A stretch of DNA of 64,000 bases from Candidatus Iainarchaeum sp. (GCA_016187745.1 JACPJC010000001.1:55977-119976); one strand, 5' to 3'; shown: positions 19,617 to 30,021, counted from the stretch's first letter. Program-made: numbers and translations. The notes: generated by a model from the sequence alone, not told the origin.

Positions 19617-20795
19617 ATGGACACAAAAGGAATAGTGCTGAAGCCCGAATTTGAGAAGGCAATATTTGATTTGGGCTTTTCCGAATTCACGGAAATACAG
19701 GAAAAATGTATTCCGCTTATACAGCAGGGAAAGGACTTAATCGGCCAGTCTTTTACCGGCTCCGGAAAAACAGCCGCATTCGGCTTTCCCACGCTTGAGA
19801 AAGTAATCCCCGGAAGGGGGATACAGCTGCTGGTCCTTGTTCCCACAAGGGAACTTTGCATCCAGGTGGCAAAAGAATTCAGGAAGTTTTCAAAATACAG
19901 GAGAACATACATTACTGGAATATATGGCGGGGAATCAATAAACCCCCAGATATCCGACCTCAGGCGCGCGGATGTTGTTGTAGGCACCCCCGGAAGGCTT
20001 CTCGACCATCTTTCAAGGGGAACTTTTAATACAAGCGGCATAAAAATACTCGTCCTTGATGAGGCCGACAAGATGTTTGAAATGGGATTCATTGATGACG
20101 TGAGAAGGATAATCTCAAGGGTTCCGGGAAACTGCCAGAAGCTGCTGTTCGGCGCGACACTGCCCCCGGAAATAATGGGCATTGCAAAGAATTACCTGAA
20201 CAATCCTGAAAGGGTCAAGATGCAGACCTATGTGGACAAGAGCAAGATAGTGCAGCATTACTATGATGTTGAGAAGGAGGACAAATTCTCCCTTCTGGTC
20301 CACATATTGAATAAGGAATTGGGCGGATTGGCAATTGTTTTTTGCGGCGCAAGGCACATTGTGGATGCCGTTAATAAAAACCTTAACAAGCAGAACATAA
20401 AATCCCAGGCGCTTCACGGCGGAATGACGCAGAACAGGAGAAAGCAGGTAATAGACGCGTTCCACAGCCAGCAGCTTGATGTTTTAGTTGCAAGCGATGT
20501 TGCTGCGCGCGGGCTGGACATAAAGAACGTAACTCTCATAATAAATTACAACATCCCCAAAACCTCGCAGGAATATGTCCACAGGATAGGGCGGACTGCA
20601 AGGGCCGGGGAAGAGGGAAAAGTGATTTCACTGCTGTCCTGGGACGATTATGGCAACTTCAGGAGAGTTCTCGAGGACAAATACATATTGATTCACAAAA
20701 TGGAAACCCCGCATTTTGAGCACGTGGAATTCGTAAAGCAGCAAAGATACGGCAGGCCCTCATACGGAAGGTTTTCAAGATACAGGCGCAGGTAA
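19617..20795 (+). CDS. DEAD-box RNA helicase
   Basis: Q motif, TGSGKT, PTREL, DEAD, HRIGRTAR; motif III reads GAT. Confidence 0.95.
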   Translation: MDTKGIVLKPEFEKAIFDLGFSEFTEIQEKCIPLIQQGKDLIGQSFTGSGKTAAFGFPTLEKVIPGRGIQLLVLVPTRELCIQVAKEFRKFSKYRRTYITGIYGGESINPQISDLRRADVVVGTPGRLLDHLSRGTFNTSGIKILVLDEADKMFEMGFIDDVRRIISRVPGNCQKLLFGATLPPEIMGIAKNYLNNPERVKMQTYVDKSKIVQHYYDVEKEDKFSLLVHILNKELGGLAIVFCGARHIVDAVNKNLNKQNIKSQALHGGMTQNRRKQVIDAFHSQQLDVLVASDVAARGLDIKNVTLIINYNIPKTSQEYVHRIGRTARAGEEGKVISLLSWDDYGNFRRVLEDKYILIHKMETPHFEHVEFVKQQRYGRPSYGRFSRYRRR

Positions 20796-20831
20796 CATCC
20801 ATTTCGCATATTGCCTGTTCAAAACTTTTAG

Positions 20832-20906
20832 TGGGGCAGGGAGGATTTGAACCCCCGTCTTGCGGTCCCGAACCACAGATCCTAGACCAGACTAGACTAC
20901 TGCCCC
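20832..20906 (-). tRNA. tRNA-Pro(CGG)
   Basis: GGGGCAG acceptor stem, anticodon stem TGTGG/CCGCA with loop TTCGGGA, T-loop GGTTCAAATCC. The G1-C72 pair is archaeal/eukaryotic type; CCA is not encoded. Confidence 0.95.
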
Positions 20907-20936
20907 TTAGCTATTATATTTTTGTTTGAATAAACT

Positions 20937-21755
20937 TTAAATCCCTCTTGTTGCAGAAATTACATAGGATTCCGAGAAGGGATAAAGAATCCAGCTACCC
21001 GGCATCGGCAAACGCCCTGCAATTCTGCTGGCAAATCCAAAAAAATCAAGCGCAGCCTTCTCAAGCGGTTTTGCAATTATCGGGATTTCCCTGTCGTCTT
21101 TTTTGAACAGGGGCGGGCGCAGCACTGCAAAGCCCAGACTCAAATGCGAAAATCCGTTTTTTGCCAATAATTCCATAAGCCCGCCTGCACTTATGTTCTT
21201 CACATATACCCGTGGCATATCCGCATCGCGCAATTTGAAAAATCCGATTCCTGCAAAGAAGCGCCTTATCCGGGGGGAAACATCCCAGATGCCCGGGGTT
21301 GTTTTTGAGATTATGACCAGTTTTCCATTATGCTTCAGCATTTTGCTGATATTTTTGATTGCCCGCTCCTTGTTTTTGAAAGATTCCATAACCCGCACCA
21401 TAAATATCTTATCAAATTTCTTCTTTGTCCTGTAATCCAGAAAATCGCATTTTACAAACTTTACATTTTTTTTGTTTGCCGCCTTTTTTGCAGCATCCAG
21501 CATTTCGGCTGAAATGTCGATTGCAGTCAGCGTTTTGCAAAGCTTAGCGACTATTTTACTCCATATGCCTGTTCCGCATCCAATTTCAAGAATATTTTCA
21601 TCGGCTTGCGGCTTCAAAGCTGAAAGCAAAGCCCCTTTCGTCTGCCTGTAATCAAATTTTGCAGCCTCGGAGCAGAGCCATGCCCTCCCCGCATAAACTG
21701 CAGAGCGCACATCAAAGAAATTCTCAACAAGCGCATGTTCTCTGTATTTTGGCAT
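20937..21755 (-). CDS. class I SAM-dependent methyltransferase
   Basis: ILEIGCGTG, IDISAEML, LKHNG motifs. Confidence 0.85.
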   Translation of the reverse strand: MPKYREHALVENFFDVRSAVYAGRAWLCSEAAKFDYRQTKGALLSALKPQADENILEIGCGTGIWSKIVAKLCKTLTAIDISAEMLDAAKKAANKKNVKFVKCDFLDYRTKKKFDKIFMVRVMESFKNKERAIKNISKMLKHNGKLVIISKTTPGIWDVSPRIRRFFAGIGFFKLRDADMPRVYVKNISAGGLMELLAKNGFSHLSLGFAVLRPPLFKKDDREIPIIAKPLEKAALDFFGFASRIAGRLPMPGSWILYPFSESYVISATRGI

Positions 21756-21762
21756 TTTGTTC

Positions 21763-22515
21763 TCACTGCAGAATATTTTTAAGCCTTCCAAAATAATAAA
21801 CCTTGTCCTCGACAGCAAAGACTTCAAATCCGGCCAAATCCTGCTGAAGGAAAGGGCTCAGGGGAATTTGCTTTGAAATATCGCTTCCTTCAGCAATTGC
21901 GCTTATCGCGGGCTGCGCAATCAGAATTTTCCCATCATAATTCCCTTTAAGGAAGCAGCGGTATTTTTCGGATTTTGCGCCCTCGCGCAGCGTAATTGCG
22001 CAATGCTCATGCGCAATTATGAGAGTTTCTGCATTTCTGTAGTTTTCAGAATTCTCATCAATTGCCTTATCCCCATGCAAGATGAGCGCCTTTTCATGCT
22101 CCGCAAAAAACTCATTCACAATTTTTATTTCCTTCCAGCGCGCTATTGGGCCAAGAATATTGTCATGGTTTCCCTTTATTAGGATTATTTCCCCGCAGTG
22201 CGCCTGCAGGAATTCCAGCATGTCAAGGACTTCCTTCCACTCCTGCCGGGAAGGAACGCCAAACTCGTGCTTCAAATCCCCGTTTACAATAATCAATTCA
22301 GTTTTCTTTCTCTTTGCCTTCAATTCCGAGAAAGCCCTTTCAATGCGCTTTTTTATCTCATTGTAATTGACCCTTGGAATCATTACTCCCTGCTTGTTGA
22401 GCATTTCCTCATATCCCAGATGAAGATCAGCAATTACAAGTGCTTTTGATTTTTCCAAATAGAGGCACAAATCCGCAATCAGGATATTTTTAGCAATTAT
22501 ATTCTGCTCTTCCAT
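21763..22515 (-). CDS. metallophosphoesterase, SbcD/Mre11-related (Lhr-associated type)
   Basis: IADLHLGYE, NGDLKHEF, GNHD, LHG, AHEH. Confidence 0.88.
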   Translation of the reverse strand: MEEQNIIAKNILIADLCLYLEKSKALVIADLHLGYEEMLNKQGVMIPRVNYNEIKKRIERAFSELKAKRKKTELIIVNGDLKHEFGVPSRQEWKEVLDMLEFLQAHCGEIILIKGNHDNILGPIARWKEIKIVNEFFAEHEKALILHGDKAIDENSENYRNAETLIIAHEHCAITLREGAKSEKYRCFLKGNYDGKILIAQPAISAIAEGSDISKQIPLSPFLQQDLAGFEVFAVEDKVYYFGRLKNILQ

Positions 22516-22540
22516 AGGCGAATAATGCAGCGTTATTCTT

Positions 22541-23149
22541 TTATGCCTGCTTTTCAATTAGCGCAGACCAGAAATGGACTTTGTTTCTACTTCCCTTCTC
22601 AGTATATGTCCTTCTCCCAATCTTGAGTATCCTGAAATCCTTTGAGAATAACTCAGATATCAGTTCTTTAGTGAAGGTATAATCCGGCCAGTCATTGAGC
22701 TCGCTGAAGCAGGTTACATGGTATTTTCCTTTCGGCTTAAGGACTCTTTTTATCTCGCCTATAAACCCTTTCCTGTCTTCAGGATGGATGTGATGCAGGC
22801 ACCCTCTATCAAAAACAAGCCCAAATTCCTTATCAGGGAACTTCGGCATTAGCACATCTCCGACTACAAACTTTGCCTCTGAATCCACTTTTGCCTTTTT
22901 TGAATTTTCCTTTGCAATCTCTATCGCCTTTTCAGAAATGTCAATTCCAATTGCTTCAAAGCCTTTTTTTGCAGCATAGATTGCATTTGTTCCAATGCCG
23001 CAGCAAATATCAAGCACAGGCCCTCTAAATGACTTGTTTTTGACCAATGCAACCAGGTCCCTTGAAGGCCTGCCTTCATTCCAAGGAATTTTATTTAAGG
23101 GCACTTCCCTGTAAATTCTGTCCCAGCGCCTGGCATCAGTATGCACCAT
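22541..23149 (-). CDS. class I SAM-dependent methyltransferase (TPMT-like)
   Basis: W...Y...IPW, VLDICCGIG, DRGCLHH. Confidence 0.85.
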   Translation of the reverse strand: MVHTDARRWDRIYREVPLNKIPWNEGRPSRDLVALVKNKSFRGPVLDICCGIGTNAIYAAKKGFEAIGIDISEKAIEIAKENSKKAKVDSEAKFVVGDVLMPKFPDKEFGLVFDRGCLHHIHPEDRKGFIGEIKRVLKPKGKYHVTCFSELNDWPDYTFTKELISELFSKDFRILKIGRRTYTEKGSRNKVHFWSALIEKQA

Positions 23150-23200
23150 AATACAACAAACCCATACAAACATTTAAAATAACTATCAATATGTGTTATT

Positions 23201-23755
23201 ATGTTTCACATGACGAAAATGCAAAAGCCGACTGAAATGCTTTCCGCGGAGCACCAGAACATACTGAAGCTTATTGCCGCGCTTGAGAAGGAGTGCGGAG
23301 CGCTTGAATCCGGAAAGCCGATTGACAGGGCGTTCTTCACAAAGGCAATTGATTTCATAAGGAACTATGCGGACAAATTCCACCATGCGAAGGAAGAGGA
23401 CATTCTGTTTGTGGAATTGTGCAAGGATTCTGTCAGCATGCACTGCAATCCCACGGAGCAGATGCGCCATGAGCACGAAATAGGAAGGGGGTTCGTTAAG
23501 GGAATGGAAGAGGCGCTGAATTCAGGCAGCAGGCAGAAGCTGATTGAGAATGCGCAGGGATATGTGCAGCTGCTTCAGGAGCACATTTACAAGGAAGACA
23601 ATATCCTCTATCCCATGGCTGATGAGGCGCTGGATGCGCAGATGCAGAAATCAATCCTCAATGAATTCGGGAATGCCGAGAAAAAGAGGTTTGCAAAGGG
23701 CGTTAAGGAAAAATACATTGCGCTTGCAAAGGAATTCGGAAAAAGGGCGGGGTAA
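23201..23755 (+). CDS. hemerythrin/HHE cation-binding domain protein
   Basis: EH..I, HHAKEEDILF, EHE.GR, HIYKEDNILYP. Confidence 0.9.
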   Translation: MFHMTKMQKPTEMLSAEHQNILKLIAALEKECGALESGKPIDRAFFTKAIDFIRNYADKFHHAKEEDILFVELCKDSVSMHCNPTEQMRHEHEIGRGFVKGMEEALNSGSRQKLIENAQGYVQLLQEHIYKEDNILYPMADEALDAQMQKSILNEFGNAEKKRFAKGVKEKYIALAKEFGKRAG

Positions 23756-23760
23756 GAAAG

Positions 23761-24087
23761 ATGGGCGGGGCGGGCAAACTGAATAAGAATTGGGTTAGCA
23801 TCAAAGAGCTTATTGAGTATCCTAAGAGCGGCATACTCAGCAAGGAGCTTGCAAAAACACCAAAGAATAATATTACGCTTTTCTGCATGGCAAAGGGAAC
23901 TGAACTTTCCGAGCACACCTCAACAAAGGAGGGATTTATTTATGTCCTTGAGGGAAAAGGAATTTTCAATTTAGAGGGGGAAAAAATCCCAATGAAACCC
24001 GGAATCTGCATATTCATGGAGCGAAACGCAAAGCATTCCCTCAAGGCGGAGCAGAACACCTCTTTCATACTTTCCCTGTGCGGGTAA
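23761..24087 (+). CDS. cupin domain protein
   Basis: LSEHTS, VLEG.G, HSLKA motifs. Confidence 0.85.
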   Translation: MGGAGKLNKNWVSIKELIEYPKSGILSKELAKTPKNNITLFCMAKGTELSEHTSTKEGFIYVLEGKGIFNLEGEKIPMKPGICIFMERNAKHSLKAEQNTSFILSLCG

Positions 24088-24091
24088 TGAA

Positions 24092-26683
24092 TCATTCCCC
24101 TATTTTTCTCATTATCTTCTCATGCATGCGCTGTATGAACTGCAATCTTCCCTCAATGCGCATTATGTCCGCATAGCCCTGCGAGTACAGGTTAAGGGCA
24201 AAGGGGCTCGGCAGCTCTGCTGTTTTAATTTTTATTTCAATTTCCTTGTTTTCAATCCATTTGAGCAGTTGCTCCGCGTGCCTTATGTCCATGGCATCCT
24301 CAAGGACTTCCCTGCGCGTTTCCCTCAGTATCGGAAAATCATTGCCGATGCGCTTTACCGCGCTCAGCAACAGGCGCGCATTCATCTGCTGCTTTCCCAC
24401 GGATTTTTCCCTTCCCCTGTAGGAGCGCAAAATCATTAAGGAGCGCGTTGCGCAGTGCCTAAAGCGCCTTCTGAATAATTCCGTGTCATCAATCGCCTTT
24501 TCAAGAACCATGCGCAGATTCCCGGATTTCAATAAACTGAAAGCGTGCTCAATCGGCATCTTTGTGTCCGCGCTCAAAATGAAGCCATTGTCATCCAGCA
24601 CTATTTCAATGTCCTTGTGCACCAATTTCCCAATTACATAGGCAAGCGCCCTGCTCAGCGCATCATTAGTGCGCCTTCCGAATGTTGAATGGAAAATCGC
24701 ATGGCGCATTTCCTCCTCCTTGTATATTTCAACCAGCAGCTTTTCATTGTGCGGGATTTCGGCATATCTGAACTGCTCGTGGAAATATGAATAAATCGCA
24801 TTTGCCGCGTTTTTGTCCACATAGAGATAGGAATTTATGAAGTCAATTATTTCGGCTTTTGCCCTTCTCGCAGAGAATTTCTGCTCCATCAGTTTCCTGA
24901 ATTTCTGTATTTCAAGCGCAAGGTCAAAGCTAAGCGGGAGCATTTCGCTGAACCAGCTTGGGACTGTGGGGGGCCTTTTCTCCGCGCCCGAAACATTTGC
25001 AACCATCCCGATTGCGTGCCTGAACACATAGCTCTGCCCGCCAAGGACAAAAACATCGCCCTTGTGCAGGCGCTCCAGAAAGCCCTCATCAATTGTGCCA
25101 ATAACAAAATCACCCAATTTCACTTTCACGCGCGCTTCATCTGGGATAGTGCCAATGTTTGTCATATATAGAACGCGCGCAAGCTTCCCGCGCTTTCCGA
25201 TTATTCCGGAAGCCTCATCATGCCAGATTTTAGCATAAACATTGCGAGTTTCCAGGCTTGTGTAAGTGCCGGAAAGGTAATTTATTATTTCAAGGAAGTC
25301 ATTCCTGCCTAATGTGCAATAACAATAGCTGTGCCTTATTATTTTGAGCAGTTCATCAATGTGGATTTTTGAATCAATTGCAATTCCATAAATCTGCTGC
25401 GCAAGCACATCAAGCGCGTTTTTAGGAACTGAAATTTTATCAAGCTTCTTCTCAAGCGCATTTTTCAGCAGGACAGCGCACTCCACAAGGTCATCCCTGT
25501 CCAGTACGACAATCCTGCCCTTTATCTGGTCATGCAGCTTGTGTCCGCTTCTTCCGGTGCGCTGTATTGCCCTTGCAACGCTCTTCGGGCTTCCCAAGAG
25601 TACAACAAGATCTATATAGCCGATGTCAATGCCCAACTCCAGGCTTGTAGATGATATTACTGCTTTCAGTTTCCCTTCCTTCAGCCTGTTCTCTGTATTT
25701 ATGCGCAGTTCCCTGCTCAGTGAGGAATGGTGTGCCTCAATATTTGTTTTGCTGTAATATTTTGGATAATTCTCTTTCAAATAATGCACCACTCTTTCGG
25801 TAGCGGAGCGCGTGTTTGTAAATACAAGTGTTGTTTTGTGCTCCTGAATCAATTCGTGCAGCGTTTTGTATAGCGCGGAATGTATCTGCTCCTGCGTGAC
25901 ATTGATCAGGTCCGGAAGCGGCGAAAGCACCTTCAAATCCATTTTCTTCAGGAAATTCACATCAACAATCCTGCAGCCCCTTGGGGTTTCTGCATTTTCC
26001 ATTCCCACGAGGAATTTTGCAATTTCCTCAAGCGGGGCAATGGTTGCGCTCAGGCCGATGCGCGCGAAGTTCGGATTGTAGTGCTGCAGCCTTTCCATGC
26101 TTAATGAGAGGTGCATTCCGCGCTTGTTGTCAGCAAGGGAATGGATTTCATCCACAATAACCCATTTTATTTCCTGCAGATGCGCCTTGAAGCGCGGGCT
26201 GTTGAGGAGTATTGCGAATGATTCGGGAGTTGTAATTAAAATGTGCGGGGGCTTTGCGAGCATTTTTGCCCTTTCGCTTGCGGGGGTATCTCCCGTACGA
26301 ACAGCAACCCTCACATTAATATCCTTCCCCAATTTTTTTCCGGCTTTTGTGATTTCAGCAAGAGGTTCCTTCAGATTTTTTTCAATGTCATTTGAAAGCG
26401 CGCGCAATGGCGAAATATAAAGGCAGTAAACCTTGTCCTCAAGCATTTTGCTTTCGGAAAGCGTTATTAATTCGCTCAGTACTGCTGCAAAAGCGCTTAG
26501 GGTTTTTCCAGTTCCTGTTTCTGCGCTCACAAGAGTGTTCTGGCGCTGATGGATATTCATTATTGCATAGCGCTGTGGCTCAGTAAAACTGCCAAACTTC
26601 CATCTGAACCACTTCGCAAGCAGGGGATTCAGCGCTGAGAATATCTCCTCATCCGAGTATTTTTGGACCTGGGTTTCTATCAT
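24092..26683 (-). CDS. lhr: Lhr-like ATP-dependent helicase
   Basis: TGTGKT, SPLRAL, TTPES, DEIH, SAT, HHSS, LELGID, QRTGRSGH, PSWFSE. Confidence 0.94.
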   Translation of the reverse strand: MIETQVQKYSDEEIFSALNPLLAKWFRWKFGSFTEPQRYAIMNIHQRQNTLVSAETGTGKTLSAFAAVLSELITLSESKMLEDKVYCLYISPLRALSNDIEKNLKEPLAEITKAGKKLGKDINVRVAVRTGDTPASERAKMLAKPPHILITTPESFAILLNSPRFKAHLQEIKWVIVDEIHSLADNKRGMHLSLSMERLQHYNPNFARIGLSATIAPLEEIAKFLVGMENAETPRGCRIVDVNFLKKMDLKVLSPLPDLINVTQEQIHSALYKTLHELIQEHKTTLVFTNTRSATERVVHYLKENYPKYYSKTNIEAHHSSLSRELRINTENRLKEGKLKAVISSTSLELGIDIGYIDLVVLLGSPKSVARAIQRTGRSGHKLHDQIKGRIVVLDRDDLVECAVLLKNALEKKLDKISVPKNALDVLAQQIYGIAIDSKIHIDELLKIIRHSYCYCTLGRNDFLEIINYLSGTYTSLETRNVYAKIWHDEASGIIGKRGKLARVLYMTNIGTIPDEARVKVKLGDFVIGTIDEGFLERLHKGDVFVLGGQSYVFRHAIGMVANVSGAEKRPPTVPSWFSEMLPLSFDLALEIQKFRKLMEQKFSARRAKAEIIDFINSYLYVDKNAANAIYSYFHEQFRYAEIPHNEKLLVEIYKEEEMRHAIFHSTFGRRTNDALSRALAYVIGKLVHKDIEIVLDDNGFILSADTKMPIEHAFSLLKSGNLRMVLEKAIDDTELFRRRFRHCATRSLMILRSYRGREKSVGKQQMNARLLLSAVKRIGNDFPILRETRREVLEDAMDIRHAEQLLKWIENKEIEIKIKTAELPSPFALNLYSQGYADIMRIEGRLQFIQRMHEKIMRKIGE

Positions 26684-26760
26684 ATATATCTTCTACATAA
26701 CAGAATGCTGTTAAGCAAGCACTTACATATAATATATAGAATAGAAATAAAAATGAATTA

Positions 26761-28335
26761 TTATATTAATTCCGCCTTTTTCAAAACCTGCGGAACACTA
26801 TATTTGCATTTTCTTACTCTCTGTAATGCCCTTTTAGCCTCTTTTTTAGTAAGAAAGCCGACGGTAACTTCTCTTGCTAAACGGGTGGTATCTGGGTGAA
26901 ATCCTAAATTTTTACATAACGGCTCTTCTGCAGCGCAGGCTAAAAGGCAGGAAGCAGCATTGGATTGAACATTATGATAATAATTCCATCCCATCTTTTT
27001 AAGAATTTTTTTAGTATCTTTTAATTTTGCCTGAATCAAAAATGGAAAATGCACAATATAAACAGCAGGCTTATCGGGAAAAGGTTTTAATTTTCTAATT
27101 GCAGATACAACTAGTTTCTTTTGCGAGGTGCTTTGTTTTAAGGAGGTCCATTCATTAATTCCAATTGCTACTGCCCGCACTCCGTGCTTGAGAGCCTCAA
27201 AATAGCGAGCATGGATTATTAATTCTCTGCATACCCAGCAAGGTCGCACAACACCCTGATATTCTCTACGGCCAGCTACATAATCCTTAACAAATTCCTC
27301 TTTTTTATCTCTTTTATAGAGGTCTGCCATTTTGCGAAAGCTTCTTAGCATTTTTTTAGTAATATATTTTCTGACAGGGATTATTTCATAATCAACTCCG
27401 CACATCTCAGCCACCTTTTTTGCTCTTCGGTAAATGTAAGGGTGGAAATAACCCAGGTCAAAAGTGAATGCGAGAGGGGTAAATCCCATTTCTCTAACCT
27501 GATATAGTGTGGCTGAGCTATCCTTTCCGCCAGAAAGCCCTACCATTATATCGTATTTTCCTTTGCCGCTTCCTATGAATGATTTGAAAAGTGCTAATTC
27601 TTTAGCTAGAGCTTTCTTGTCAAAATTCTTCAGGTATATTTCGCAAACATCACAATAGCCTTCCTTATTAAACTTAATAAAAGGGTTCTGATTTGTATTA
27701 ATACACTTCTTGCATTCTTGTATTTTTTTTGGGATTAAACTTTTTATTATCTTATCCACAATCTCTGCCACACAAATAGTGGAAGTGTTAAATACCAAAT
27801 CAGCCTCTTTCTCAATCTTCTTTGTTAGATATAGGCGGTCTTCCTCTTTTAATTCGTTTAAAATCTCTTTCTTCGAATACCCCCTTTTCTTGGAAAGTCT
27901 TTCTAAAATGTCTTCTTTATTTGCTTTAAGGAAAACAACCAAATAGCCTTGTTTCTTGAAATATTTCGCATTTTCGTATCCTCTAACGCCGGTAAATATC
28001 AAAGGCGCTGTAGGATATTTTTTTGAATAGATATTCTCAAAAGTCTCTGCTATAAAAGAGGGAAAATATTGTTTAACTAAAGAAGAGAAGATTTCCCTCG
28101 CATCTTTCCTATTTATCGGGGCTTTGGCAGCCAGATTTTTATCAACAATTTTCTCAAGACTATAAAGAAGCGTGTTATAATTGGAGGGCAATTTTTTGAA
28201 ATGGCGCGCTATGGGAACAATAAGACCATCGGAAGATTCTACAATTTTATAATTAGGGAGTTTGAAAGATAACTTTTTTGCAATTGTTGACTTGCCTGTT
28301 GCAGGCTCTCCAAAAATTACAATATTTTTTAACAT
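26761..28335 (-). CDS. fusion: P-loop NMP/dephospho-CoA-kinase-like domain plus PP-loop N-type ATP pyrophosphatase (N-acetyl-sugar amidotransferase-like)
   Basis: N-terminal GEPATGKST and TGVR; then CKKC..CDVC, LSGGKDSS PP-loop, PCWVC. Confidence 0.72.
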   Translation of the reverse strand: MLKNIVIFGEPATGKSTIAKKLSFKLPNYKIVESSDGLIVPIARHFKKLPSNYNTLLYSLEKIVDKNLAAKAPINRKDAREIFSSLVKQYFPSFIAETFENIYSKKYPTAPLIFTGVRGYENAKYFKKQGYLVVFLKANKEDILERLSKKRGYSKKEILNELKEEDRLYLTKKIEKEADLVFNTSTICVAEIVDKIIKSLIPKKIQECKKCINTNQNPFIKFNKEGYCDVCEIYLKNFDKKALAKELALFKSFIGSGKGKYDIMVGLSGGKDSSATLYQVREMGFTPLAFTFDLGYFHPYIYRRAKKVAEMCGVDYEIIPVRKYITKKMLRSFRKMADLYKRDKKEEFVKDYVAGRREYQGVVRPCWVCRELIIHARYFEALKHGVRAVAIGINEWTSLKQSTSQKKLVVSAIRKLKPFPDKPAVYIVHFPFLIQAKLKDTKKILKKMGWNYYHNVQSNAASCLLACAAEEPLCKNLGFHPDTTRLAREVTVGFLTKKEAKRALQRVRKCKYSVPQVLKKAELI

Positions 28336-28390
28336 GCGTTACTCACACAGTGTCCATATTTAGAGAGTATCTAAATTAATATATCCGTTG

Positions 28391-29461
28391 CTAAACAGCT
28401 TTTATTGCAGAATAGGGGCACAGCTCAACGCAAACAAGGCACCGGATGCATTTGCGCTCGTTTATTTCAGGGAATCCGTTTGAATTGTCAAATGCGAACG
28501 CGCTTTCAGGGCAGAAGTGCAGGCATTTCCTGCATTTTGCGCATTCCCGCAAATTTATTTCAGGCCTTTGCGCAGATAGTTTTGCCTTGAGCACCTTGTG
28601 CGTGAATCCGTATGCGAGCCTTGAAAGGCGCGTCGGCAGCCAGTCAATCTTTTTCGGCAGTTCCAGATCAAAATGCCTTTCCCCTATTATTTCAATATCC
28701 GGAATTCCGAATTCCTTTATTGCCAGATTCAAATGATTTATTTTATTTGCTGGAATTCCTGCGCATTTTGCAATCGCGCAATCAACTGCAAGGGAATTTG
28801 TCCCTGCAAACACTTTATCCAGTTTTATTTTCTCACCGGAGTGCGGGCCGCTTCCCTGCATTGCTGTTGTTGCATCCACAAGCACCAAATCGGGTTTAAG
28901 GATGCGGTTGTAATCAACAATCGCCTCATCAAGGCCAATCGTATGGCACTTTAATTTATCATTCGGGTGCAAACATCCTTTCATATTCTTCAGCGCGCAG
29001 GTAAGAGTTGTAAGGACATGGGTTTTGAGCACAGGCACATTTACAATTTTGTCTGCATTGAGAATTGTTTCGGAAATTCTCGCGCTTTTGAGAACCCTCG
29101 CATTCGGAATTTTCACATTCCTGAATTTTCCCTTATTCAAATCAATCAATTCAATGCCGTATTTTTTTGCAATCCCATAATATCCCGCTTTCCGGAAGTT
29201 CGCGAGCGCATTCCCTATTATTGAAGTTCCTTCCGCGATTGCAATGTGAGGGCTTTTTTTTATGAGCACGGAAACAAGGGAATCAATTACTGCAGAAGAA
29301 GTATTTGCTCCTGTTCCAGAAACCTGGAATTCATTTACATTCGGCTTTATTACAATCTTATCATTTTTCCCGAAGCCGGAAAAATTTATCGCATCAAGCG
29401 CGGAAGAAACGGCATTATTCACGCTCGGCAGCGCCTCTGAGCATGCAACTTTTTCCCTCAT
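28391..29461 (-). CDS. DUF362 domain protein with 2x[4Fe-4S] ferredoxin domain
   Basis: IKPN, VPVLKTH, ALKNMKG, VD; two CxxCxxCxxxCP motifs. Confidence 0.88.
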   Translation of the reverse strand: MREKVACSEALPSVNNAVSSALDAINFSGFGKNDKIVIKPNVNEFQVSGTGANTSSAVIDSLVSVLIKKSPHIAIAEGTSIIGNALANFRKAGYYGIAKKYGIELIDLNKGKFRNVKIPNARVLKSARISETILNADKIVNVPVLKTHVLTTLTCALKNMKGCLHPNDKLKCHTIGLDEAIVDYNRILKPDLVLVDATTAMQGSGPHSGEKIKLDKVFAGTNSLAVDCAIAKCAGIPANKINHLNLAIKEFGIPDIEIIGERHFDLELPKKIDWLPTRLSRLAYGFTHKVLKAKLSAQRPEINLRECAKCRKCLHFCPESAFAFDNSNGFPEINERKCIRCLVCVELCPYSAIKAV

Positions 29462-30021
29462 CCCAAAACCCTTTTGGCGTAAACCAGCCTTGAAGCGAGC
29501 GCATATGCGCCGATGAGCAGGACAGCATAGACCGCATATCTTACCGCATTTGCGGCAGGCACAAGCAGCCCGAGGAAAATTATTGCTGTGCGCACCGCGC
29601 GCAAACTGATGCGCTCCCCGGTTGTTTTCTCAACCTGCGCATCAAGGCATGCAGAGGCATAGCTTGCAATTGTTATGAGCGTTAATGCAAGCAAACCAAC
29701 CCACAATTCAACCAATCCCGCGAGGATTATTGCGCTGAGAATTATCGCATCATTTATCCTGTCTGCAACCTTGTCAAAGAGTGAGCCGAATTTTGTTGCG
29801 CGCCTGTGGGTTTTTGCAACTTCGCCGTCAAGCGAATCAAAAATTCCAGAAAGGAGCCAGAATGTTGCGGCAGGCAAGAGCGCATTTTGCAGTATGAAAT
29901 AGCCCGCAATGATGCAGAGCAGGATTGAGAATGCCGTTATGTAATTCGGGCTCATGTTCATGCGCTTTGCTATTGGCGCAAGCAGCATCGCCTCTATCCT
30001 GCCCTTTGTTTTTATTTCCAT
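29458..30021 (-). CDS. CDP-alcohol phosphatidyltransferase
   Basis: PN.IT and D.LDG.VA......T.FG..FD...DR..D signature. Confidence 0.92.
   Translation of the reverse strand: MEIKTKGRIEAMLLAPIAKRMNMSPNYITAFSILLCIIAGYFILQNALLPAATFWLLSGIFDSLDGEVAKTHRRATKFGSLFDKVADRINDAIILSAIILAGLVELWVGLLALTLITIASYASACLDAQVEKTTGERISLRAVRTAIIFLGLLVPAANAVRYAVYAVLLIGAYALASRLVYAKRVLG

Noticed and set aside
20796-20936. tRNA-Pro as an integration site
   Set aside because: No duplicated tRNA 3' end or integrase was noticed in the window.
24092-26683. intein in Lhr or PurL
   Set aside because: Motifs are normally spaced, with no C/S...HN-C/S/T insertion.
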